32,000 nt of DNA from an uncultured Methanoregulaceae archaeon. GTDB taxonomy: Archaea; Halobacteriota; Methanomicrobia; Methanomicrobiales; Methanospirillaceae. A model generated the notes under the pieces. That model was not told the origin of the DNA. It worked only from the letters and a program-made list of their open reading frames with translations, and searched no databases. Below, in pieces: positions 25,030-32,000 of this stretch; the first letter of the stretch is position 1, and every line of letters begins with the position of its first letter. Both the position numbers and the translations under genes were made by a program. The stretch is from the NCBI GenBank assembly GCA_963808285.1, contig CAWEFI010000013.1, positions 187-32,186 of the forward strand, written 5' to 3'.

Positions 25030-25127
25030 CTATGTTAAGAGGCAGGGCCGATGAGGGCTAAAGAAAACCTGTACTGTCCGGTTCACCGGAGCCCTTATGG
25101 GATCCCTCGCGAGAATGAAGAAGAGAA

Positions 25128-25466
25128 ATGCCACGCTGCGATATCTGCGGGAAAAATGTCTCGCTCCCGTTCCACTGCCAGTACTGCGGAAAAAACTTCT
25201 GCGATGAGCACCGGCTGCCGCCCAACCATGCATGCGCCGGCCTTGCGGAATGGAAAAAGACCCCGGCGCCCGGTGTGGGCATCCGGTACGGGCCGGGCGG
25301 TGCTACTCCGTACGGGGGCGGATATGCAACGGTACCACCCGGTAAAAAACCCGGCCGGCTTTCGGGCGGGTGCATCCCTTTCCTGAAAATCGCCGTAACG
25401 GTTATCGTGATCATCTTCATTGTACTTCTCTTCCTGGGCCTGAGCGGGCATCTGCTCTCCGGGTAA
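25128..25466 (+). CDS. AN1-type zinc-finger protein with a C-terminal membrane anchor
   Basis: MPRCDICGKNVSLPFHCQYCGKNFCDEHRLPPNHAC fits the AN1 pattern Cx2Cx9-12Cx2Cx4Cx2Hx5HxC. A Gly/Pro-rich linker and the hydrophobic helix FLKIAVTVIVIIFIVLLFLGL follow. Confidence 0.8.
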   Translation: MPRCDICGKNVSLPFHCQYCGKNFCDEHRLPPNHACAGLAEWKKTPAPGVGIRYGPGGATPYGGGYATVPPGKKPGRLSGGCIPFLKIAVTVIVIIFIVLLFLGLSGHLLSG

Positions 25467-25543
25467 AAAGGACCGGCCCCGGGACCTCCCGGTTCTGCCT
25501 CCCAAACCTTCAAAGAAGATCAAGAGCCAACCCTGTATCCGGT

Positions 25544-26287
25544 ATGCCAGCCGCACATTCCCGCACATTCCGGGATGGAAAAACGCTTGCCGGGGAACTC
25601 CTTGCCGCGATGCACCGGGTCGGGGTGCTCGGGGTCACGTACCCTGAGAATTACTATGAGGAGCTCATCGCGAAGTACGAAAAGGGTGGCGTCCCCTACC
25701 CACACATTCTTTCGATCCTTGGCGAGCCGCGGATCAGGGGGCATTTTTTTTATCCCCGTATGCTCCGGCACACCGGCCCGTTTCTCGATTACGGCTGCGG
25801 GACCGGCGACAATATCCGGCAGCTCTTCCGTGACGGTTTTTCCCGGGAACTGATCACCGCTTTTGATCTCACGTGGGAGAGCATCAGCCTCGGGTTCGCC
25901 CTGTACCGTGACGAGGATGCGATCCGGGATCTCTTCGTGGTGAACGATTCGTTCCCGTTTGGGGAAGAGACATTTGATACGATCTATTCCGGGTCCGTTA
26001 TCCACGTGATATCAGATACGGATGAACTCGAGAACTACCTGAAAAATGCTGCGAAAGCCCTCAGGCCCGGCGGGGTATTCTTTGGCTCAACGCTCGGGAT
26101 CGAGGATGGCGGATCCTGCGAACCGGATGAGAGAGGGCCTCCGCGGGTGATGCCCCGGACGGAGCTGATCCGGCACCTGGTAGCCGCCGGGTTTGTACAC
26201 CCGGATATGGTAAAGCGGCTCCATGAGGCGCACACGCCGGGGGACCAAAAGTGCGTGTTTGAGTTTTGTACAAAAAAAGAAGGATGA
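25544..26287 (+). CDS. Class I SAM-dependent methyltransferase
   Basis: Starts at the ATG at 25544. Motif I is FLDYGCGTGDNIRQL, followed by FDLTWESI, FDTIYSGSVIHV and LRPGGVFFGST. Codons 3-9 overlap a 10-bp tandem duplication. Confidence 0.8.
   Translation: MPAAHSRTFRDGKTLAGELLAAMHRVGVLGVTYPENYYEELIAKYEKGGVPYPHILSILGEPRIRGHFFYPRMLRHTGPFLDYGCGTGDNIRQLFRDGFSRELITAFDLTWESISLGFALYRDEDAIRDLFVVNDSFPFGEETFDTIYSGSVIHVISDTDELENYLKNAAKALRPGGVFFGSTLGIEDGGSCEPDERGPPRVMPRTELIRHLVAAGFVHPDMVKRLHEAHTPGDQKCVFEFCTKKEG
25551..25570. repeat. Exact tandem duplication of a 10-mer (ccgcacattc x2)
   Basis: Read directly: 25551-25560 is identical to 25561-25570. Confidence 0.9.
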
Positions 26288-26492
26288 CCTAGAGAATCTG
26301 CGGGTTCGTCCCGTATTTCGGCTGTCCTGCCTGACTCCCTGTTTGGATGACAGGCAATTGTTCTTGCAGGGTATGAATATTGGGAACCGTTCATCGGGGT
26401 GATGGTGCAGGATGCGGACGTGGATGCTCTCTTCCCATCCCCTCATATTCTTTCCCGCCCAATGTCAGATACACAAAGGAGCCACGCCAACC

Positions 26493-27161
26493 ATGAAGAT
26501 CCTCGCCATCCACGGGAGCCCCCGGACGATCCGGAGTACCACGCGCAGACTGGCCGGTTTTGTCCTCGAAGGGGCAGCGGACGCCGGTGCGGAGACCGAG
26601 ATGATCGACCTTGCCGATTACCGTATCATTCCCTGCACCGCGTGCGAGGCATGTACCCTCAACGGCATCTGTGTCAACGACGACGATCTCCCGGCCCTCT
26701 TTGTCCGGATGAAAGAGGCGGATGCAATCGTCTTTGGCTCACCGGTGTATATCGACAATATCACCGGCCAGATGAAGGTTTTCTTCGACCGGCTCGCGGA
26801 CGCGATCCATTACCAGCAGTTCGCCGGGAAAGTTGGCTGTTCCGTTGCGACCACCTCTGAATCCGGAGGTAACGATGTGGTCGCGTACCTCAGCCACGTT
26901 CTCAACTACCTGGGGATCATTTCGGTGGGGGGCATCAGCGTTGCCACGGGGGGAAAACCGGAACCCGTTGACGCGGCGGAACCTGCTGCCCGGGCGCTCG
27001 GGAAAAAACTTGTCGGAGCGATCCGGGACGGGTACTCAGATCCGGCGCAGGATGCGATCCTTGCGGACAACCGTGCATACTTCAGGTTACTTGTGGAAGA
27101 GAACAAGGATCTCCGCCCCAATGAGTACGACCGCTGGGTGCGGATGGGCTGGATCCGGTGA
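26493..27161 (+). CDS. Iron-sulfur flavoprotein (Isf-type, NADPH-dependent FMN reductase fold)
   Basis: The ATG at 26493 is preceded by aaaggag. MKILAIHGSPR is followed by a compact Cys motif, CTACEACTLNGIC (Cx2Cx2Cx5C), then ADAIVFGSPVYIDNITGQMKVFFDR. Confidence 0.85.
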   Translation: MKILAIHGSPRTIRSTTRRLAGFVLEGAADAGAETEMIDLADYRIIPCTACEACTLNGICVNDDDLPALFVRMKEADAIVFGSPVYIDNITGQMKVFFDRLADAIHYQQFAGKVGCSVATTSESGGNDVVAYLSHVLNYLGIISVGGISVATGGKPEPVDAAEPAARALGKKLVGAIRDGYSDPAQDAILADNRAYFRLLVEENKDLRPNEYDRWVRMGWIR

Positions 27162-27212
27162 GTGCATCTCGCCGTGAATTGGCCCGGGATAAAAATAAGT
27201 AAACGTCTGGTC

Positions 27213-27785
27213 TCAGAAATTCTCCGCGTAGATCTCAAAATACGCCTGCGGGTGGCCGCATGCCGGGCATTTTGCCGGCGCAGTCGTTCCCTCATACACG
27301 TACCCGCACTCCCGGCAGTACCATTTGACCGGTGTATCGCGCCGGAAAACCATTCCCTTTTCCAGGTTTGCGAGGAGCCGGTTGTACCTCTGCTCGTGGT
27401 ACTTCTCAACATTTGCCACCTGCCGGAAGAGATTTGCGATCGGGATAAACCCTTCATCTTTTGCCGTCCCGGCAAAGGTCGGGTAGAGCGTGCCCCACTC
27501 CATCATCTCGCCGTCAGCAGCTGCTTTGAGATTCTGCTGTGTGGTACCAATCACCCCTGCGGGATATCCTGCCGTGATCTCCACCGTGCCCCCGTTCAGG
27601 CACTTGAAGAACAGTTTCGCGTGCTCTTTCTCCTCTTCCGCGGTCTGTAAGAAAATGGCGGAGATCTGCTCGTACCCTTCCTGCTTTGCAACCTTGCCAA
27701 AATAGCTGTACCGGTTCCGGGCCTGTGATTCCCCGGCGAATGCCGCGAGGACATTCCTCTCCGTTTTACTGCCAACAAATTCCAT
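27213..27785 (-). CDS. rbr: Rubrerythrin
   Basis: The ATG at 27785 gives MEFVGSKTERNVLAAFAGESQARNRYSYF. The ExxH motifs (EEKEHAKLF, VEKYHEQRY) are present, as is a C-terminal rubredoxin-like CRECGYVYEG...CPACGHP. Confidence 0.9.
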   Translation of the reverse strand: MEFVGSKTERNVLAAFAGESQARNRYSYFGKVAKQEGYEQISAIFLQTAEEEKEHAKLFFKCLNGGTVEITAGYPAGVIGTTQQNLKAAADGEMMEWGTLYPTFAGTAKDEGFIPIANLFRQVANVEKYHEQRYNRLLANLEKGMVFRRDTPVKWYCRECGYVYEGTTAPAKCPACGHPQAYFEIYAENF

Positions 27786-28026
27786 TATCCTTGCCTCACC
27801 GTTCCGACGAACTTTCTTTTGGGAACGAATACCCCGGTGCGTCCGTGAAGGTCCGCTACGGTTTTTTCCTGCAGCAGCCCCTTTTAAACAATGATGGAGG
27901 TCTGCCGCAATCAAGATTCCGGTGCAGGGCTTGCCCGGCGTGAGAGAAAACTGTCCGGGTTAAAACAGGAAAAACATCGCGGGCTCCGATGATACAGATA
28001 ACTACAGGAAAAAAATACAGGAAAAG

Positions 28027-28101
28027 CGGGCCTGAAGGGATTTGAACCCTTGACCTGCGGATTAAGAGTCCGCCGCTATGCCGAACTAAGCTGACAGACC
28101 C
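28027..28101 (-). tRNA. tRNA-Lys (anticodon CTT)
   Basis: The reverse complement is GGGTCTGTCAGCTTAGTTCGGCATAGCGGCGGACTCTTAATCCGCAGGTCAAGGGTTCAAATCCCTTCAGGCCCG. The acceptor, anticodon (loop CTCTTAA) and T arms fold cleanly. As read, the D arm gives only 3 good pairs, with 3 nt (TCA) instead of 2 between the acceptor and D stems. Confidence 0.85.
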
Positions 28102-28210
28102 ACGTAGCCTAATAATGTGGCCGGTACAGCCGAATAAATGTTTGGGAACCCGGCTCCCCGGATCCCCAGTGAATCCCTTTATACGTGGGCGTGGCACATC
28201 TTCTTCTAAC

Positions 28211-29680
28211 ATGCCTGACACCGCCGCGTTTGAGTCAGCAGCCCCGATAAAATACTGCATCTTCGGGTGCGGGACAAACGGGTACAACATCATCCTCGAG
28301 CTCGCGAAGGAAAACGAGCGCGTGATCGTCGTTGACCGCGACGAGTCGCGCGTCCGTCACCTCCGCGACCAGAAGTATGACGCGTACGTGCGGGATATCA
28401 CCTCATCCGAACTGCTCGCCGGACTCCCGGCATTTGAGATAGCCTTCGTGATGACCGGTGATGCGGACGCCAACCTCGCCGCCGTCCTTGCCGTAAAAAA
28501 ACGGTACCCGTCCGTGCAGGTGATCGCACGGGCGGTCGACCCGGTGACCGGCGGCAAACTTACGGCGGCCGGTGCAGACCTCGTCATATACCCCCAGGAA
28601 GTGGTCGCTAAGACCGCGGTCTTCCAGATCAAAAAGCAGCATGCGAGCAGGATCTCGCAGAAACTTTTTTCGCTCCTTGCCGGCTGGGACGGCATCCTTG
28701 GGATCATCACCCACAAGAACCCGGACCCGGACGCGATCGCGAGCGCCATGGCCCTCGCCGAGATCGCGCGCCACGCGAACTCAAAGACGCTCACCACACG
28801 GATCTTCTACGAAGGCAACATCGGACACCAGGAGAACCGGACGTTTGTAAACCTCCTCGACATCAAGATGGAGCACCTGACGCCCGATGCGCTCCAGAAG
28901 TGCTCCTATATCGCCCTCGTAGACTGCTCGGGCCCGGGTGCCAACAACGACATACCACCCCAGACAAAGATCCAGATCATCATCGACCATCACAAGGATG
29001 GCAACCACCTGTCCGGGCAGGGTGCATTCACCGATATCCGGCCCGGTATCGGGGCGACCGCGAGCATCATGACCCAGTACCTGCAGGAGCTCGATATCCC
29101 GGTGGACAAAAGGGTGGCGACCGCGCTCCTCTACGGCATCAGGACCGACACAAAGGAGTTCAAGAGGAACGTCACCCCGCAGGATCTCGGCAACGCCGGC
29201 TTCCTCCTCCCGCTCACGGACGCGGATCTCCTCGACAAGATCATGTCGCCGTCCATGTCGCAGGAAACGATCGATGTGATTGGAAAAGCGATCCAGAACC
29301 GGAAGATCCAGAGCGGCTACCTCTTCTCGAACGTCGGCTACGTGATGAACCGGGACGCACTGCCGCAGGCAGCCGACCTGCTCATCACGCTCGAAGGGGT
29401 AAATACTGCCCTCGTGTATGGGATCACTGATACCGCGATCGTGATCTCGGCCCGGAACCGGGACATACGGCTGCATATCGGGAATGCACTTGCCGAGGCA
29501 TTCGGGGACATGGGAGATGCGGGAGGCCATCCGAACATGGCAGCGGCAAACCTCCCGCTCCACTATTTCGGCAATGTATCCGACAAGGTAGGACTCCTGA
29601 GCATCACCATCGAGCCAATCCTCCAGAGGTTCAAGAACCTCGTCGGCATCGAGAACGAGGAAAATAAAAACGGGGAATGA
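28211..29680 (+). CDS. TrkA-N (NAD-binding) domain fused to a DHH/DHHA1 phosphoesterase
   Basis: Starts at the ATG at 28211, with a TATA-like ctttatac about 30 nt upstream. The Rossmann motif is CIFGCGTNGYNI...VVDRD. The DHH motifs are ITHKNPDPDAIAS, LVDCS and IIIDHH. The DHHA1 motif is GGHPNMAAA. Confidence 0.85.
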   Translation: MPDTAAFESAAPIKYCIFGCGTNGYNIILELAKENERVIVVDRDESRVRHLRDQKYDAYVRDITSSELLAGLPAFEIAFVMTGDADANLAAVLAVKKRYPSVQVIARAVDPVTGGKLTAAGADLVIYPQEVVAKTAVFQIKKQHASRISQKLFSLLAGWDGILGIITHKNPDPDAIASAMALAEIARHANSKTLTTRIFYEGNIGHQENRTFVNLLDIKMEHLTPDALQKCSYIALVDCSGPGANNDIPPQTKIQIIIDHHKDGNHLSGQGAFTDIRPGIGATASIMTQYLQELDIPVDKRVATALLYGIRTDTKEFKRNVTPQDLGNAGFLLPLTDADLLDKIMSPSMSQETIDVIGKAIQNRKIQSGYLFSNVGYVMNRDALPQAADLLITLEGVNTALVYGITDTAIVISARNRDIRLHIGNALAEAFGDMGDAGGHPNMAAANLPLHYFGNVSDKVGLLSITIEPILQRFKNLVGIENEENKNGE

Positions 29681-29723
29681 AGCCATGCCGGCTCCCTGCC
29701 TCCCCGTCATATGCTGGTGATTC

Positions 29724-30350
29724 ATGGATTTTGCCGTATGGGAGCCGCATTACCTTGAGATTCTCGCTTCTTTTGGATTCTCTCGCGAAGAGGATGAGAG
29801 GGCAGCTGCCCTGCTTGCAACCCTCGTCGGCCGTGATGACCTCCCCGCACTCTCCCGGCTGGTAAAGGGACGCGATATCGTGGTCTGCGGCAACGCCCCC
29901 TGCCTTGAAAGGGAACTCGGCCGCATTCCCGGCGGCAGTGTGGTCTTTGCCGCCGATGCAGCAGCCGATGTCCTCTTCTCGCACGGCATCCGGCCCGATG
30001 CGGTCTTTACGGACCTTGACGGGGCGACCGATCTGCTCGCGGAGATGAATGCGGCGGGGACCATTGTGGTGATCCATGCGCACGGCGATAATATACCGCT
30101 CCTCCGGCACTGGGTGAAAAAACTGGCCGGCCCTCTCGTAGCCACGACCCAGAGCACGCCGCTCCCGCATGTCCACAACTTCGGCGGGTTTTCAGACGGC
30201 GACCGGGCGGTTTTTGCCGCCGACGCGCTCGGTGCAAAAACGATCATGTTGATCGGCTTCGATCTCGATGACAGGAATGTCGACCCGTTCAAGCGCGGAA
30301 AACTTATGTGGGCAAAAAAACTGCTTGCCCTGATCGGCCATGACCGCTGA
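29724..30350 (+). CDS. mptE: 6-hydroxymethyl-7,8-dihydropterin diphosphokinase, MptE-like (DUF115)
   Basis: 208 aa with VVCGNAPCL, AADAAADVL...PDAVFTDLDG, VIHAHGDN and GGFSDGDRAVFAADALGAKTIMLIGFD, matching the MptE/DUF115 pattern as I remember it. Confidence 0.8.
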   Translation: MDFAVWEPHYLEILASFGFSREEDERAAALLATLVGRDDLPALSRLVKGRDIVVCGNAPCLERELGRIPGGSVVFAADAAADVLFSHGIRPDAVFTDLDGATDLLAEMNAAGTIVVIHAHGDNIPLLRHWVKKLAGPLVATTQSTPLPHVHNFGGFSDGDRAVFAADALGAKTIMLIGFDLDDRNVDPFKRGKLMWAKKLLALIGHDR

Positions 30351-32000
30351 TACAGGCCGGGGCACAACGGCTGTCATTCTCGACGGGTACGTGGATGAGC
30401 CCGCATGCCTCGGCGTGCCACCCTATATCTCGCCGTACATCCGGACGGTCGCAGGAGCGCTTGCCTCCCGCGGCTTTGCCGTCCATTACCTCACCATTGA
30501 CCAGCTCAGGAACGATCCGCAACGGATGCAGGAGATGAACCGGGCCGGGCTTCTTGTCATGATCGCCGGCGTCACGGTCCCGGGCAAATACCTTGGCGGT
30601 ACTCCTGCTACCCTTACCGAGATCCAGCAGGTGGGTCACCTTATCCGGGGCCCGAAAAAACTGATCGGAGGCCCCATCGGCTTCGGGTATGCCGGGGAGG
30701 GCGGGAAAAAAGCGATCCGGCAGCTGATCACCGGGTTTGATGCGCTGCTGATCGGTGAGCCGGCCGTGGCGCTTGACCGGTACCTTGACGGAAACGAGCC
30801 TGCCGGCACCTTCGATTATTCGCTGACCGACCCGTGGAGTGTCGCGGGGGCCGGAATCATCGTGCAGCACCCGGACTTCCCGTACGTGATGTGCGAGCTC
30901 GAGACCGCCCGGGGCTGCTCCCACGGGGCGACCGGCGGCTGCTCGTTCTGCACTGAGCCTTTCTACGGCCGGCCCCGGTACCGTTCCGTGGCCGGGGTCG
31001 CTTCTGAAGTTGTAGCGCTTGCGGAACAGGGGGCCCGGCACTTCAGGGTCGGCCGGCAGCCGGACATCCTCGCCTATGGTTCCGGGGAGGGCGAGTACCC
31101 GGCCCCGCGCCCGGACTTAATCGAAGCGCTCTTCTCCGCAATCCGCACCGCCGCACCGGATCTCAGGACGCTCCATATCGATAACACGAACCCGGCCACT
31201 ATCGCCCGGCATGAGGAGAAGAGCCGGGAGGCACTGGCAACAATCGTCCGGCACCACACGCCCGGGGATGTGGCCGCTTTTGGCATGGAGACCGCCGACC
31301 CGGCCGTGATCGCGGCGAACAATCTCAAGGCACAGCCGGACGAGGTTTTCCGGGCCATTGAGATCGTGAACGAAACCGGGGGGAGCGCCGGGACGGGATC
31401 CCCGAACTGCTGCCCGGCCTCAACTTTGTCTGCGGGCTTGCGGGCGAGACGGCGGCGACGTACGATAAGAACGAGCAGTTCCTTGCCCGGGTGCTCGCGG
31501 CCGGGCTCATGGTCCGGCGTGTCAACATCCGGCAGGTGATGCCCTTTGAAGGGACACCGGTATACACGGACAACACGCTCGGGAAGAACGAACGTCGTTT
31601 CGGGGCCTTCAAGGAGTTTGTCCGGCAGAAGATCGATCTCCCCATGCTCCAGCGGGTATTCCCGGTCGGCACCGTTCTCCGCGATGTGCGGATCGAGATT
31701 TCGGGAGAACTCTCGTTTGGCCGGCAGCCGGGCTCGTACCCGATCCTCGCGGGTATCCCGGTGCACCTTCCTGTCCGTACCGTGATCGATGCCGTCGTGG
31801 TTGACTGGGGGATGCGTTCCGTGACCGCACTGCCCCTGCCGCTCAACGTCAACAGGATGCCGGCGTCTGCCCTCCGCTGGCTGCCCGGCGTCGGGAAGAA
31901 ACGGGTTGCTGCCGTGCTCGCAGGACGCCCGTTTTCAGATGTTACGGCATTTAAAAAGATCGCGGGGAGCTCGGCGCTGGACCGGTTTTTAGAGGTTTAA
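30340..32000 (+). CDS. Radical SAM-type Fe-S protein (COG1031-like) with a C-terminal helix-hairpin-helix; frame broken at the G6 run 31378-31383
   Basis: The ATG at 30340 overlaps the mptE 3' end by 11 nt. The cluster motif is ARGCSHGATGGCSFCTEP (30916-30951). After ...EIVNETGG the protein continues in the frame of ORF 31491..32000 (ERRDGIPELLPGLNFVCGLAGETAATYDKNEQFLARVLAAGLMVRRVNIRQVMPFEGTP...LPGVGKKRVAAVLAGRPF...*). The stop is at 31998-32000. Confidence 0.8.

Noticed and set aside
25051-25568. ORFs 25051..25386(+), 25058..25513(-) and 25095..25568(-), around the AN1 gene.
   Set aside because: They are alternative frames of the AN1 finger gene. Only the 25128 frame gives the exact AN1 Cys/His spacing and a TM helix.
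28357-31041. Minus-strand ORFs 28781..29725, 29631..30176, 29750..30367 and 30304..31041, opposite the DHH, mptE and radical SAM genes.
   Set aside because: They are shadow ORFs in GC-rich coding sequence. The plus-strand genes have clear family motifs.
1-32000. I searched by eye for CRISPR arrays, rRNA genes, IS elements or transposases, integrases, and tRNA-fragment direct repeats flanking the 22-25 kb patch.
   Set aside because: None was found. There are no regularly spaced repeats, no DDE- or tyrosine-recombinase-like ORFs, and no copy of the 3' halves of the three tRNAs elsewhere in the window.

Overview
This is a high-GC segment (about 60% in hand-counted lines) of a euryarchaeal chromosome, with gene content typical of a Methanomicrobiales-type methanogen. 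Most of it is core genome. I can support about 37 protein genes and 3 tRNAs (Ala-CGC, His-GTG, Lys-CTT).

- **Information processing:** TFB, Gar1, SRP19, aIF5B/InfB, and ribosomal proteins S8e and S6e.
- **Hydrogenase maturation:** HypB.
- **Methanopterin-pathway genes:** a beta-RFAP synthase fused to a chorismate-lyase-like domain, and MptE overlapping a radical SAM gene.
- **Oxidative-stress genes:** an Isf-type flavoprotein, rubrerythrin and a nitroreductase.
- **Transport:** an ABC ATPase placed divergently from two ABC-2 permeases, one fused to a PrsW-like intramembrane protease.
- **Other:** several SAM methyltransferases and small secreted or membrane proteins.

I found no rRNA, CRISPR array, transposase or integrase.

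**Best candidate for something new:** the patch at about 22.1-25.1 kb, whose upstream part is AT-richer. It carries two adjacent same-strand genes:
- A receptor-like membrane protein with a cytoplasmic TIR domain (the putative catalytic Glu is present), a zinc ribbon, a TM helix and an outside domain.
- A PAS / degenerate-H-box / RyR-domain protein that lacks a kinase ATPase domain.

Upstream of this pair lie about 700 bp of unexplained non-coding DNA. An orphan PemK/MazF-like gene sits directly upstream of the RFAP synthase gene.

**Important caveat:** at least eight, probably nine, conserved genes, including rps6e and infB, are broken by single-nucleotide frame changes, mostly at short homopolymers. 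This argues for indel errors in the sequence rather than real pseudogenes. All coordinates of the affected genes are reconstructions by eye.
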